Made by a program: the position numbers and the translations under genes
NCBI GenBank assembly: GCA_000165345.1
Contig: CM000436.1
Location: forward strand, 768,001-832,000
Reading direction: 5' to 3'
DNA length: 64,000 bases
Shown here: positions 1-11,835 of the stretch, in pieces
Position numbering within the stretch: position 1 is the stretch's first letter
Layout of the letters: every line of letters starts with the position of its first letter
The notes under the pieces: generated by a model
Database searches by the model: none
The model's input: only the letters and a program-made list of their open reading frames with translations
What the model was told of the DNA's origin: nothing

Positions 1-1936
1 ATAATCGTACGTCAGCGGGGAATGTTGTTGGCCGAATATCATCATAAAATGGATACTGTTTAACTTCATCAACAGATATCAACTCAAAAGAACACAATAT
101 CCTTGCATTTGTATCTTCTTTTGGATTTTTTGTATCTGAGGGTTTGAGATGAAGCCAAATTGGCGAAGACTTCCATACCTTGGGAATCTGCGCAAGTTTA
201 TAAGATGTAAATCCTATTCTAGAATCAGAACTTAAATAACCATGGCTCTGGCTAAAGGTTTCAATCAAAATATCTGATCCTAATGATAAATTTGTTGGCA
301 GTGAAATCTGAACTTCATATGCTTCGTACCATTGTGGGGCTATAGACGATTCTATTGTACGAGATTGAATTGTTTGGTCACCAATAGACACTTTAACATA
401 TGGGTTTGGTAATGATGACCCAACTCCCCTCAAGTTCATTCCTTCATAGATGAACGACCTAAAGTAATAGTTCTGAAGCGTATAAACCAATCGATCGGGA
501 CGTTCTGACGCCGTATTCGCAGGGAGAATGACTATGCTTGCAAGCACATTGAATGTATATCCAGAACTCATGTCGAAAATCGGCTTCAATGTATACCAAT
601 TTGGGTTCCCGTTAGAGTTGTTGGAAACTTCAGAGAGCAAAACCCTAGTGAATGATGCTCTCGTAAATGAAGGTGAAGACCAAAATGTTGCTCCTGAGCC
701 GGTTTGAGAATAAATAAATAGGTCCCAAGGATCCTGCCCATCCGATAAATAAAAATATGTTTCATCAATCCTCCCTGTTTGTTCATCAAATATAATTGAT
801 TCACCGCTTTGTGGCATTGCAATAGTTGTCGCAGAGTGAGGCCCTATACAAAATTCCAATATGACCTCGCCATCAAATGCAGGTCTACATGAAATCTCAT
901 AAATATCAATCCAAAGTAAGTAACGCGTCATTGGTGGCTCATTTGAAAGTGGTATAGATTGTATTGATTTTATTGAACAGGCTTGAGTCTTTTGCGAGCT
1001 AGCAGAAATTAACAATCTACCGGCATAGGAGCTAGGGATATATGATGTTACTGAGGCATTTGAAGACGAAAAAAGTTCTGCTGCTCCACCATATGGAGGC
1101 TGAGTCCAATATAAATTTACCCAAGATATAGGAAAAGGCTCTTTAAAAATATTGAAAACATCCAGTTTAAATTTTCCTATTAAAGTCGGCTTCGATTCAC
1201 CATTCCAAAGTTCAAACAATAAATTCGAGTCTGAGCATGGAAAATATGCAGGCAAATTAATCGATGATTTCCAAATTGGGTTAGATTCATTCTTGATACA
1301 GACTGTTGAAATTTTTGAAATTCCATGCCTTACAGTAACATAAGGTTCTAAGGTATTATACATCCCTACAATTGGAGCAATATCTTGTCCTTTAAATATG
1401 CATACATTAAGGTTATACTGGGTTAAATTTATTTCTGGTGAAGATGAAATTCTTGTACCTTGATCGCCGTCATTACTTAAAATATTGCTGTTGTCATCAA
1501 CTGCAGGGATTGAGTCTCCTGGCGCAAAAATCCCAACAGTAATAAGTGCGAAACCCATAATTTCAGAAGGCTTATCCCCTAATATCAATGGTACCCAATT
1601 TCTGTAGATCCAATGCTGCGATTTACTATATACATAGTTAAAACTGAGAACATATGAGCCTATAGGAGCACTAGAAAGGACATATGCATGCATAACGTTA
1701 ATTTCAATAATAGAACAATCAAAATCGCATTTGTTGAGAGTCTCTGTAAAATTATATGATGCTTGAACCAATGTTGATGAAACAGCCGTTTGTTTGGGCG
1801 TTGTTCTTATTTGATCGCATACTTTGATTTCAATATATGGGCTTGGAGTTATATTACTTGTTCCATCGTTGAATTTCAAATCCCTAAGTTCATGAATATC
1901 GATGCGTATGCTATATTCAGTAGTTGGCTGCAACAT
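1..1936 (-). CDS. Multi-C2-domain (ferlin-like) protein, 5' portion; CDS continues beyond the window start
   Basis: Reading the minus strand by eye gives an open frame from ATG (complement of 1934..1936) to position 1, with an in-frame stop just upstream of that ATG. The translation has at least two C2-domain-like segments (..LEPYVTVRHGISKISTVCIKNESNPIWKSSINL.., ..NPYVKVSIGDQTIQSRTIESSIAPQWYEAYEVQI..). The ORF track does not list it because it runs off the window edge. Manual translation may contain errors. Confidence 0.5.
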   Translation of the reverse strand, partial: MLQPTTEYSIRIDIHELRDLKFNDGTSNITPSPYIEIKVCDQIRTTPKQTAVSSTLVQASYNFTETLNKCDFDCSIIEINVMHAYVLSSAPIGSYVLSFNYVYSKSQHWIYRNWVPLILGDKPSEIMGFALITVGIFAPGDSIPAVDDNSNILSNDGDQGTRISSSPEINLTQYNLNVCIFKGQDIAPIVGMYNTLEPYVTVRHGISKISTVCIKNESNPIWKSSINLPAYFPCSDSNLLFELWNGESKPTLIGKFKLDVFNIFKEPFPISWVNLYWTQPPYGGAAELFSSSNASVTSYIPSSYAGRLLISASSQKTQACSIKSIQSIPLSNEPPMTRYLLWIDIYEISCRPAFDGEVILEFCIGPHSATTIAMPQSGESIIFDEQTGRIDETYFYLSDGQDPWDLFIYSQTGSGATFWSSPSFTRASFTRVLLSEVSNNSNGNPNWYTLKPIFDMSSGYTFNVLASIVILPANTASERPDRLVYTLQNYYFRSFIYEGMNLRGVGSSLPNPYVKVSIGDQTIQSRTIESSIAPQWYEAYEVQISLPTNLSLGSDILIETFSQSHGYLSSDSRIGFTSYKLAQIPKVWKSSPIWLHLKPSDTKNPKEDTNARILCSFELISVDEVKQYPFYDDIRPTTFPADVRL

Positions 1937-2086
1937 ATATCTTATTTCATATTATTTCGTATGGATTATTTCAACTTAACCCACAAAATCATTTGATTAT
2001 GGCGCATTAGGATTAAATATGTGAATTTTTACTTCGGAATTAAATTAATCTTTTTTTTTTAATAATACAGACTGCAGAAAACTCAA

Positions 2087-3448
2087 ATGCGTATGGGAAC
2101 AAATAGTATTTTCCCAAAAGTGAAAGATATAGGTGAATGGCAAAAATTATGTTCATACAATTTTCATGATCAAGAAGAATATAAGCTAGAATGGTGGCTA
2201 GGAATTATAGAAAAATTTTGCGACAAAAATAAATCCTTGTTGATTGAAATTAACTCGCTTAAGGCCATTGCTCAAGAAGAGTTTAAATTCTGGCCCATTG
2301 AAGTTCTTTCTTTACCAAATATTTTTAAGGGACTGATAAAAAGAAAAAAATTAGTGAATTTGGATTTTATCAATAAATATATGGTAAAGATATGGGAGAA
2401 TGCTGTTGAAGTAGAAAAAAGTCAATCTAGATCAAAAGTATCAAGAATTGGATTTGCCTGGGTTCGCTCAATAATTGGGACTTTTTTTAACGATACATTT
2501 ATATTAGAAACCGATGAAAGCACCGCAGAATTAGATACATTTGTATGCATTCCTTTATTGGACAAGTTATCAAATAAATTAGTTAATGATATAAATAGAG
2601 GATCATTAGGTAGCATTTCAAAATCAACGGGAATAGATGAACTTCTTATATTAAGTACTAAATTTAATGATTATTTAGTGCAAAATTATGAATTGTGCGA
2701 AACTGCGAAAAACGTGCTAAATGATATGATGATCTGGTATTTTATTACTTATTCACCCGGAGAATGGAGCTTGAAGCCATTTGTCGTTCACAAAGGTAAT
2801 AATAATCATGTCAATGCCATTAAATTTAGTAGGTCGTACTCTTCAGTGGCAAAGAAAGAAATTGAAATAAATGATACAGACATCGCAGATATTATACTTA
2901 AAATTACCGAAGAAGATTTACAAAAGTCATTAACAAATTTAGAAAAGAAATTTTTATTTCATGACTCGAAGTGCAAAGAATATGCTTTATGCGACCAAAA
3001 ACAACTAGCAATAAACCATTTGAAGCAAAGACATCAAATTGAAAAAGCACTAAATGATGTTAACGAACAACTACTTTTATTAAGTCAATCAAGAGTCACT
3101 CTAGATACCTCTAATGCGAGGATTTCTCTTGTAAACGCACTTGAAACCTCCACTAGTATAACCAAGGATATTTTCAATGAAAGTGAAATTTTGAAAAAAT
3201 TGGAAAATATTAATATAATGAGAGAAGAAGTTGAGGTTACACAAGAATCCATAAATTCAATGATAAAGTCATGCGTCAAAGACGCTTCAAAAAATATGGA
3301 GGCTACATCTTATGATTTAGAGAGGGAGCTGGAAGAAATCCTACATAAAGCCGACATTTCTATTCCTGCAATTGAACAAAATTGTCAATTTCAAGAGTCG
3401 CCAAGCGAATTCGAGGCGGAAAAACATCAAGTGACCAACACTGTCTGA
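2087..3448 (+). CDS. Hypothetical protein with C-terminal coiled-coil region (453 aa)
   Basis: Long ATG-initiated ORF (ATG verified at 2087) with non-repetitive protein-like composition. I recognise no family. The C-terminal third is rich in heptad-like charged residues. Confidence 0.5.
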   Translation: MRMGTNSIFPKVKDIGEWQKLCSYNFHDQEEYKLEWWLGIIEKFCDKNKSLLIEINSLKAIAQEEFKFWPIEVLSLPNIFKGLIKRKKLVNLDFINKYMVKIWENAVEVEKSQSRSKVSRIGFAWVRSIIGTFFNDTFILETDESTAELDTFVCIPLLDKLSNKLVNDINRGSLGSISKSTGIDELLILSTKFNDYLVQNYELCETAKNVLNDMMIWYFITYSPGEWSLKPFVVHKGNNNHVNAIKFSRSYSSVAKKEIEINDTDIADIILKITEEDLQKSLTNLEKKFLFHDSKCKEYALCDQKQLAINHLKQRHQIEKALNDVNEQLLLLSQSRVTLDTSNARISLVNALETSTSITKDIFNESEILKKLENINIMREEVEVTQESINSMIKSCVKDASKNMEATSYDLERELEEILHKADISIPAIEQNCQFQESPSEFEAEKHQVTNTV

Positions 3449-3588
3449 TATATCGTAGTTATTTGTTAATTATTCCATTGATTCAACGACAATACATCTA
3501 AGTCAAAGAACATAAAGAATTCGACACGTATTTTCACCAAAACTATACTTAGTAGTAAAACGCTAACAATCTAGAATATTCAAACAAC

Positions 3589-6087
3589 TTAAAGCTTATC
3601 TAAGTAATTATCAAGAGCAGGGATTTCTTCCTTGATATTCTTTCTTCTTCTAATTGCCTTTACAAGCTCTTCTGTCTTGCTCCCTTTCTCAAGTGGGTCG
3701 CCGTTAATCAACTCCCAGTGATCAAATACACATTGAGGGAACGCTTTACCAGATGTTGCAGCACGGAGAACAGTGGTGAACTTGAAAGAGTCAGCAACTG
3801 GCAAGTATGCCTTGATCTCGACTTGAGGCGTACCAGACTTGGGTTCCTCGTGGAATACATGACCTCTCCTTTGATTGAGAGTAGCATAGATTCCACCAAC
3901 AACTTCCTGTGGAGCAGAAATCTCAACCAAGAACATAGGCTCCAACAGTCTGGGTGAAGCAGTTAATGCAGCAGCATACATTACACGTCGGCATGTTGGA
4001 GTAATTTGACCCGCTCCACGATGGATTGCGTCAGCATGTAATGTTACATCGAGCAAATTAAAGCGAATTCCCCTCATATCTTCTTCACATAAAATCCCCT
4101 CCTTAGTTGCCCATTGGAATGCAGAATTACAGTGGTCTTTGATTTCAGTCAAATACTGGATACCAGTAGTTACGTCAACCATAATATTTGGACCAGTTGT
4201 TTCAGGGCCGAAACACCAGATTTTCATAGCAGCGTTCTTGTCAAATCCATACTTGTCATGTAAGAGATTTGATCTCTCTTTAGGGTCATCCCTTGGTGAT
4301 ACTTTTCCTTCTTCAATATCATCAGTCAATCCGTCAGGTAAAGGCTCTGCAGTCATGTACAATCTGTTATGTTTATTTGGAGATTTAGACAAGCACGTTT
4401 GGTTTGATAAATTGACTACAGTTTCCCTGTAAGAAACAATTGGGTCAGATGCAACAATCTCAATTTGTGCATATTCCTGTTGGAGATCTTGTAAGCAAAT
4501 TTCAACATGTAACTCACCACATCCTGCGATAATATGTTCGCCTGTCTCCTCTTTACTGCATACAACTAATGGATCAGACTTAGACAACTTCTTAAGACCT
4601 TCAACAAGTTTTGGTAATTCTTTGTTATCTTTTGGTCGTACTGCAACACGAACAACAGGTGATACGGAGTACTTCATAGATGCAATATTATGCGCAGTTT
4701 CAGAAGTTGTGATTGTACCAGATTTGAGCAAATATTGATCAATTCCGACCAAACCAACTGTATTCCCTGCAGGTACATCCGGAATTTGCTCGACATAACG
4801 CCCCATCATAAGAACTGTGCGTTGGATATTTTTAATATTCAAGTCCTCCTTTCCACCGGGAACATATCTTGGACCCTGAATGCGAACCTTTTGTCCAGTT
4901 GCAACTGTGCCAGAAAAGACACGGCCAAATGCATAAAATCGGCCCTTGTCACTAGTGGGAACCATTTTTGAAACAAACATACATAGAGGAGCGTCTGGAT
5001 CGCAATTTCTAATACCCTTTGCAGTTTCATCATCTTGAGGACCCTCGTACAAGTTCTCAACACGGTACTTTTGGGCTGCAGCGGGAGATGGTAAGTGTGT
5101 TACAATCATTTCCAATAAAGTATCACCAGCGCTTAACCACAACTGCATAACTTTCTTTAATAGAGGCTTGTCAACTAAAGCCTTGTCGTCACCCTTGAGC
5201 TCTACACCCAAATTAACCAACATCTTCTCATATTTAGCTTTGTCACCATTCATAATTGAAGAAAATAGTTGACATATCGGCTCCATAATAAATTGGCAGA
5301 ATGCTCTTTTACTTCCTGGTTCTTGAGTTTTTGTAAACTTCTTTGTTTCTGGGTTAAAGAAGTTATCTCCCCACAACCTTTGCATCATTTTTGATTTTTC
5401 AACACCGAATTTTTTTGCATAAATACGAGCAAACTTTTCGATAGTAAATGCCCATCCATGAAGCCCTGAACCAAATGAAACTGTACCCTTTTCTGGGAAT
5501 ACTTGAACATCGCCCATCAATTCATCAGAATAGGTAGAAATAATAACATTAACGTTCTCAATAACACGAGTAAAGTTCTGATAAATATCTTCTGCCTCCC
5601 ATTGTAACTCTAATAAAGCTCTATCTACCTTGTTTACATGAAGCACAGGTCTAATTCTCTCATTTAATGCTTGTCTAAGAACAGTTTCTGTCTGGATACA
5701 TACGCCATCTACAGCATCAACGACTACAAGCGCACCGTCTGTTACACGAAGAGCTGCAGTAACTTCTGAAGAAAAGTCTACGTGTCCCGGTGAATCAATT
5801 AAGTTGATTAAGAAAGGTTGCCTACCTTTACCATCTTCTAAATCATGTTCGAAGAAAAGTGAAATTCCGGTAGATTTGATAGTAATGCAACGCTCTTGTT
5901 CATCGGCACGGGTATCGGTGAAACGTGCATCTCCTGCTGCCTTTGAAGCAATAATACCTGCTTTGCATACAAGAGAGTCGGTCAATGTTGATTTGCCATG
6001 ATCGACGTGAGCAATAACAGACATATTACGGATGTTATGGGGCTTTCCCATAATCTCACGAATTTGCTCAACTGTAAAATTAACCAT
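3589..6087 (-). CDS. EEF2: Translation elongation factor 2 (eEF2)
   Basis: 832-aa ORF. N-terminus [35 protein letters not shown] (GTP-binding G1 motif), then DSPGHVDF (G3). Collinear with eukaryotic EF-2 throughout and contains the diphthamide-region context. ATG verified. Confidence 0.95.
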   Translation of the reverse strand: MVNFTVEQIREIMGKPHNIRNMSVIAHVDHGKSTLTDSLVCKAGIIASKAAGDARFTDTRADEQERCITIKSTGISLFFEHDLEDGKGRQPFLINLIDSPGHVDFSSEVTAALRVTDGALVVVDAVDGVCIQTETVLRQALNERIRPVLHVNKVDRALLELQWEAEDIYQNFTRVIENVNVIISTYSDELMGDVQVFPEKGTVSFGSGLHGWAFTIEKFARIYAKKFGVEKSKMMQRLWGDNFFNPETKKFTKTQEPGSKRAFCQFIMEPICQLFSSIMNGDKAKYEKMLVNLGVELKGDDKALVDKPLLKKVMQLWLSAGDTLLEMIVTHLPSPAAAQKYRVENLYEGPQDDETAKGIRNCDPDAPLCMFVSKMVPTSDKGRFYAFGRVFSGTVATGQKVRIQGPRYVPGGKEDLNIKNIQRTVLMMGRYVEQIPDVPAGNTVGLVGIDQYLLKSGTITTSETAHNIASMKYSVSPVVRVAVRPKDNKELPKLVEGLKKLSKSDPLVVCSKEETGEHIIAGCGELHVEICLQDLQQEYAQIEIVASDPIVSYRETVVNLSNQTCLSKSPNKHNRLYMTAEPLPDGLTDDIEEGKVSPRDDPKERSNLLHDKYGFDKNAAMKIWCFGPETTGPNIMVDVTTGIQYLTEIKDHCNSAFQWATKEGILCEEDMRGIRFNLLDVTLHADAIHRGAGQITPTCRRVMYAAALTASPRLLEPMFLVEISAPQEVVGGIYATLNQRRGHVFHEEPKSGTPQVEIKAYLPVADSFKFTTVLRAATSGKAFPQCVFDHWELINGDPLEKGSKTEELVKAIRRRKNIKEEIPALDNYLDKL

Positions 6088-6697
6088 TTTAACTTCCCTT
6101 TATTACTTGTGAAACAATTATTCAACGGCGACGAAGTTCTCAACAATACGAAGAGAAATTTAACTCTGAACTCAAGATCGCAATCTTTAATTTGGCACAG
6201 AGACAATCAACTAGACATTATAAAATGCGCCAACCATTTGAATCCAATATGTCTTTATCAATTAATTAGAAAATATTATAAATTCATTTATTTATCCATA
6301 TTTATATACCTATATATATAATTCATCAATATTTTTATATAATTATTTAAAATATAATTGTAAAAGTCTAGATTGTACTTTCAAGACAAAAAAAAAAAAA
6401 AAAGCGCTAATAAGCACTATATTCCAATTGCATAGAATTTTCACATTATAAAATTGTCTCTATTAGCTAACATTAACGTTTTACTATATGATCCGTGCAG
6501 TTGATGCACTGAAGGAATTAACTTAATGACTTGTTTAGATTTTTGGCCTGATTTCTCATATTAACTTTCGTTTTGATCGACTCCGCTATTTCTGTGTTTC
6601 CTCAATTAGCGCACACTGAACCCCCTAACTACCCATTTTATTGTTCTGTAAAACCACAACTTAAGGAAAACCCTCCTGAGATAGTTAATCAAGCACA

Positions 6698-7696
6698 ATG
6701 AGTAGCAATTTATGGGTTGAGAAGTATCGCCCCGGAAATGTACTTGATATTTCCCATCATAAGGATGTTGTGAGTATGCTGAGCCATGTACTGAAAAATG
6801 GGAATATGCCACACTTGTTATTTCATGGTCCTCCTGGAACTGGTAAGACATCTGCTGTGCTTGCCCTCTCAAGGGAACTATTTGGACCGAATGAATATAA
6901 GAACAGAATTCTCGAGCTTAATGCTTCAGACGAAAGAGGAATTAGTGTTGTGAGAGATAAAATAAAGTCATGGACGAGGCAAGTAGTCCAGTGCAACAAA
7001 ACACATGAAATTACGGGTAATCTACTTCCTTCATGGAAAATTGTTATTTTGGATGAAGCCGAAATGATGACAGCTGATGCCCAATCAGCATTAAGGAGAA
7101 TAATTGAAGTTTCCTCGAAAAACACCAGATTTGTTATTATTTGTAACTACATTAGTAAAATAATCGAGCCTTTGGCTAGCAGATGCGCGAAGTTTAGATT
7201 TCAACCAATTTCGGCAAATTCTCAGATAGAAAGACTGAAGTATATATGCTCTCAGGAAGATGTTTCATACGAAGACGGTGTATTAGAAACTATTGTTAAT
7301 TTATCTCAGGGAGACCTGAGAAGAGGAATAAATATTCTTCAATCGGCCTCTGAGCTATTTGGTAAGGATAAAAGAATTAGCATGAGCTCTATCTTAGATG
7401 TTTCGGGCGTTCCACCTATAAAAATTATTGAAAGAATTATAAATTCATGCAAAATTTTAGGTGTAGAGAGTATATTGATAGAAACCGCGAAACTTATTAA
7501 CGAAGGATGGAGCGTAGAACTGATTTTCAAAGGTCTGGCAGAATTTATCATTATGTGTGATAAGATCGATGATTCAAAAAAAGCATTTTTAATGTTGAGA
7601 ATTTCTGAGGCAGACGCAAGTGTGATAGATGGATCAAACGAATACTTAACTTTGCTAAATGTTTGTTCAAGTGTTCAGACTATTTTTGCGAATTAA
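6698..7696 (+). CDS. Replication factor C small subunit (RFC2/RFC4-like AAA+ clamp-loader subunit)
   Basis: Contains WVEKYRP.., Walker A GPPGTGKTS, ILDEAE.. Walker B, and SRC motif region (LASRCAKFRF). 332 aa, typical RFC small-subunit length. Confidence 0.85.
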   Translation: MSSNLWVEKYRPGNVLDISHHKDVVSMLSHVLKNGNMPHLLFHGPPGTGKTSAVLALSRELFGPNEYKNRILELNASDERGISVVRDKIKSWTRQVVQCNKTHEITGNLLPSWKIVILDEAEMMTADAQSALRRIIEVSSKNTRFVIICNYISKIIEPLASRCAKFRFQPISANSQIERLKYICSQEDVSYEDGVLETIVNLSQGDLRRGINILQSASELFGKDKRISMSSILDVSGVPPIKIIERIINSCKILGVESILIETAKLINEGWSVELIFKGLAEFIIMCDKIDDSKKAFLMLRISEADASVIDGSNEYLTLLNVCSSVQTIFAN

Positions 7697-7760
7697 ATGA
7701 AAGCTGCATTTAGTAGAAATGCTGGTAAAGAACTAATATTTTGTTTTCATTTATATCACT

Positions 7761-9440
7761 TTAACTATTCATTCTGGAACAATTAATTAAATACACTGAG
7801 TTTTCCTTATTAACTTCGGATCCCACATAATATTCAAGTTTATCTAGATTTCTCTCAGAATAATTTATTTCCTCTGATGCTATTGGGTTATTTGGTTGGT
7901 TTGAATTTTCATAAATCCTCGAGTCGTAATATAATTTCGGAGATGAAGATAAGTTATTAATATAGCCGAAATCTTTTATTTGATTAATATTCAAATTTCC
8001 ATTGCTCTTTAAACCCTTCCCTTTCTCAGGAGTTGTGATGATATTTAATTCCTGCCTTTCAAGTTCAATTACGGCTTCGACAGGTACTTCTGCTGCGCTG
8101 AGGTACTTTTTCGAATTTTCCTTTGGAGCCCAAAGTAACAGTAGGTTTAATTTTAGCACGGAAACAAAAAAAAACGGAATTGCATCTTGAAAAATCCATT
8201 GATATTTCCATCTCTCTACGATATCCCATGAATAAAAACGAATTTCCAACAATAAATATGTAAAAGCAATTATAATCGAGGAAAATAGTATATAAGTAAA
8301 CCGTTTGTATAATGATAGTTTTTCTGTTTGCTTATTATTTTCCAATTTGTTCAATAAATTGACTAGTTCGTGAAATATCCAAAAAAAAATTATTCCGTTT
8401 AATATTCCGACAGGTAATATTGAATATAATAGCAAGCCTGAAGTAATGTTTGCATTTCTAGATCTCAAGTAAACGATATACTCTTTAATTAATGCATTTA
8501 GAAAATACAAAATTCCTGTTAAAAAAATTGCAGTTGACTTTCTTCTAGAATCTATTGAAATTTTAGATATTCCTACCCCATGAGATGCAATTAATGTCAA
8601 AATGACTATAATGGTTAGCTTCAAAATATTAATAGCAGTGGAGATAGCAAATAGAAATGTTGAGCTTGATCCTGTTAAATTCCATTGCCTGAAATACTGT
8701 AGCCATAAAAATGATGAAAAAAAACTTAATAGTAATTCAACCAAGATATAATATTGAATATTGATGAGCTGCTTGCTATTCCTTATACATTTATAAATCC
8801 AATATATTGCCAGAAATGCGTGTAATATTACTCCAAAAAAATATAAGTTTATTTTCATATATTCAATTGCAGGCAAAAACCCATACACATTTTTAATAAC
8901 TAAATCCCCGTGAATATATCCATTACTTGAATTTCCACAATTAGATATCATTATTGAGTATGCTCCTCCTCTTTTTATGTTTGAGAAATAGTTAGAATTA
9001 CTTAGCTGAGTATCAAAATAAATTAACCCATCGATATTCGGTTTAATAAATGTATTCTCATTCTGGCAATTTCCAGATAATAAGTTTTCTTTATTACAGC
9101 ATACACCCAACTGATCATTCCTGATAAGATTCTCCAATTCTTTGCTTGGAACAACAATAATTTCTATACTTTCATCATCCAGTATAATTCCATCGCTTGA
9201 CTTTAACTTTAAGTTATCAAAATAAATCGTTGAATATTTTGCAGATTTTGAAACTAATAAATTATAATATGCATCACCGTTTTCAAAGATAAAAAATTGA
9301 TGTGGATGTATTAGAATTGATTTAGGGGGAGGTATTCTTAATCCATCAAAAGAAAAAGAATACACAAAACCCCCGTATATAAAGAAGTAGACCAAAAAAA
9401 AAATTATTCTTATTAAAAACGGAGAATAATCAGTACTCAT
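7761..9440 (-). CDS. Lung seven-transmembrane receptor family protein (GPR107/GPR108/TMEM87-like)
   Basis: N-terminal signal/anchor, a lumenal domain of about 200 aa, then seven predicted TM helices. The conserved region resembles the Lung_7-TM_R family (..GFLPAIEYMKINLYFFGVILHAFLAIYWIYKCIR..QYYILVELLLSF..). Confidence 0.6.
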   Translation of the reverse strand: MSTDYSPFLIRIIFFLVYFFIYGGFVYSFSFDGLRIPPPKSILIHPHQFFIFENGDAYYNLLVSKSAKYSTIYFDNLKLKSSDGIILDDESIEIIVVPSKELENLIRNDQLGVCCNKENLLSGNCQNENTFIKPNIDGLIYFDTQLSNSNYFSNIKRGGAYSIMISNCGNSSNGYIHGDLVIKNVYGFLPAIEYMKINLYFFGVILHAFLAIYWIYKCIRNSKQLINIQYYILVELLLSFFSSFLWLQYFRQWNLTGSSSTFLFAISTAINILKLTIIVILTLIASHGVGISKISIDSRRKSTAIFLTGILYFLNALIKEYIVYLRSRNANITSGLLLYSILPVGILNGIIFFWIFHELVNLLNKLENNKQTEKLSLYKRFTYILFSSIIIAFTYLLLEIRFYSWDIVERWKYQWIFQDAIPFFFVSVLKLNLLLLWAPKENSKKYLSAAEVPVEAVIELERQELNIITTPEKGKGLKSNGNLNINQIKDFGYINNLSSSPKLYYDSRIYENSNQPNNPIASEEINYSERNLDKLEYYVGSEVNKENSVYLINCSRMNS

Positions 9441-9843
9441 ATTTAGCTCAAATCAAATTAATGATTATAATTAATTATATGCATTCTAGATCCAATTTTG
9501 CGGTTTTGTGAGATCCAATTTATAGTCAGATACCAGGCTCCAAAATTAATAGATTGAATTTTTCAAAATCACGAGAAAAGAAAAATAATGATAAATTAAA
9601 TTATAATATATCTATAGGATAGCTTGGAGTATTCAAATATATTATTATCTCTGGACTTCTATAAATTATAAGAATTATACACATTTTGTTTTCTAATTTA
9701 TTTTATTACATTTAACAAAGGAAAAAAATTTAAGCGCTACACAATTTTTTTTTTTTGATTTATAAATAAAAATGGTAGGGAATATTGAATAAATTAATTT
9801 GAGTTGTGAAATTTTACCAAGATTGACTTAAATTTAGGTTGAG

Positions 9844-11703
9844 ATGACAAATAGCCCAGATGAGCTTGCTGACGGTGAGACTTGCATTTCTAGTGATTAT
9901 ATTCCTCCATTTAAGAAAAAGAACTTTGAAGTATCTCATAATCTTTTAAATAATCGTGAGCATCAAAAAAAACTATGGGATAGACTAGAGAAAAATATAA
10001 GGGGGGAGATCAATAAGCTGAATTTTTCAAATATTGAGCAAGTTTTAATTAATATTTTGAAGAATAATATTATTCGTGGTAGAGGAATATTAGCTAATTG
10101 TATAATTAGAGCTCAGTTATCTAGTCATTCATATACTGCTGTTATTTGTTATCTTTCTGCAATAATTAATTGTAATATTCCTGACTTTGGCTCATTGCTC
10201 TTAAGAAGGCTCATAAATCAATTCAGAATATCATACTCTAAAGGAGATAAATATGTTTGTAAACATACTTTATTGTTTTTAGCTCAATTAATCAACCAAA
10301 AAGTCGTTCACGAGCTAATTGCCTTGCAAATATGCCTTTTTTTAATTGAGAAATTAACTGATGATTCAATTGAGATATGTATTGATTTCATTTTTGAATG
10401 TGGCCAGTTCCTGTTAGAAAATACGCCTCAAGGGCTAAATACAATCATGAATAAGTTCAGAAGAATACTACAAGAGGGTAAATTAAATAAAAAAACAAAT
10501 TTTTTAATAGAACGCATTCTAAAGGAAAGGCGAGACAATTTCATGAACTATCCAATAAATAACCCAGAAAATGAGCTAATTGACTTAAATGATCAAATTA
10601 CTCATTTTTTCGATATTTTAGATGGAGAAATTGACATACAAGATGAATTAGATCACTTTATTGAAACTGAACCTAATATTTTTGAAGAAGAAAACACAAA
10701 ATGGGATGAAATTTCAAAAGAATTGCTTTCTGGACTATATGGTGTAACCATGGAAGATACTGAAGAACAATTAATTAAAAATAATCCTATGATAGATCTT
10801 TCTGAGAAAGATTTTGTAATTTTAAGGAAAAAAATTTATCTTTGTATAATGAACAGCTTAAATTATGAGGAGTGCACGCATAGACTGTTAAAGTTAAATA
10901 TTCCAAAAGATCAAATAAGTGAGACTTGTGCAATGATACTAGATTGTTGTTCAATGGAGCGAACATATCAAAAATTTTTTTCTTTGGTTGCTGAAAGACT
11001 TTGCATTATTAAGAAGGAATATCAAGAATCTTTTGCGAAACTATTTTCTGAAAGCTTTGAAACTGTCCATCGCTTAGAAACGAATAGGTTGAGACATGTA
11101 ACTAAGTTTTATTCATATTTACTTAGTAAAGATGCAATACCTTGGAATTTACTATTTATTGTTAAGCTATCCGAGAAAGACACTGCATCCTCTTCGCGTA
11201 TTTTTATTAAAATCCTCTTTCAAGAGCTTTCCTATAATATGGGAATTAAAAATTTAGATATAAAGCTTAATTCCTCTGAAGTTTTACCCTTTACAGAAGG
11301 CATTTTCCCAAAAGAAAATATTTCCAAAATAAGATTTTCAATAAACTTTTTCACTGCTATTGGACTTGGTGCGCTAACACACAAACTTAGAAATACGCTG
11401 AGTAATATTGAACAGCAGCAAACAAGTAGGTTGAATGAACTATGTTTAAGCTCTGGGATTGACACTATACAAGTTGATATCTCAAATTCAGAAAAAATAT
11501 CTGAAGAAGCAGAAATTATAAACACAAAATGCTCGGATACTTGCAAAAATAAAATGGAACAAACAAAAATGAATTCAAATTATGATAAGCAATCAAAAGA
11601 ATATTCCAGTTCTTGTTTAGAAGATTTAAGTAATAACTTAATATTTAACAACGGTATAAATAATCAAAAAAGAAGAAATCGCAGTTTTTCAAGAGAACTT
11701 TAA
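9844..11703 (+). CDS. CWC22: Pre-mRNA splicing factor CWC22-like (MIF4G + MA3 domains)
   Basis: MIF4G-like region (..NCIIRAQLSSHSYTAVICYLSAIINCNIPDFGSLLLRRLINQFRISY..KHTLLFLAQLINQKVVHELIALQICLFLIE..) followed by an MA3-like region (..IYLCIMNSLNYEECTHRLLKLNIP..FFSLVAERLCIIKKEYQESF..). 619 aa. Confidence 0.7.
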   Translation: MTNSPDELADGETCISSDYIPPFKKKNFEVSHNLLNNREHQKKLWDRLEKNIRGEINKLNFSNIEQVLINILKNNIIRGRGILANCIIRAQLSSHSYTAVICYLSAIINCNIPDFGSLLLRRLINQFRISYSKGDKYVCKHTLLFLAQLINQKVVHELIALQICLFLIEKLTDDSIEICIDFIFECGQFLLENTPQGLNTIMNKFRRILQEGKLNKKTNFLIERILKERRDNFMNYPINNPENELIDLNDQITHFFDILDGEIDIQDELDHFIETEPNIFEEENTKWDEISKELLSGLYGVTMEDTEEQLIKNNPMIDLSEKDFVILRKKIYLCIMNSLNYEECTHRLLKLNIPKDQISETCAMILDCCSMERTYQKFFSLVAERLCIIKKEYQESFAKLFSESFETVHRLETNRLRHVTKFYSYLLSKDAIPWNLLFIVKLSEKDTASSSRIFIKILFQELSYNMGIKNLDIKLNSSEVLPFTEGIFPKENISKIRFSINFFTAIGLGALTHKLRNTLSNIEQQQTSRLNELCLSSGIDTIQVDISNSEKISEEAEIINTKCSDTCKNKMEQTKMNSNYDKQSKEYSSSCLEDLSNNLIFNNGINNQKRRNRSFSREL

Positions 11704-11835
11704 TCCCCTAACTAAGTAAAAAAAAAATTTGGCTAAAATTATGCCACACTTAATAATATCAAGTAAATTCCATGTGTAGAATAATTAAAGTTTTTTTTAA
11801 TCGCAAAATATAAATTAATTAAATCCTTATTAATT

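Noticed and set aside
3708-5063. Short ORFs nested inside or antisense to eEF2 (3708..3926, 3718..3957, 4139..4432, 4690..4971, 4839..5063); similar ORFs occur inside SMC6, the SPX-EXS gene, ValRS and others
   Set aside because: They overlap well-supported long genes in other frames, have no family resemblance, and are of a size expected by chance.
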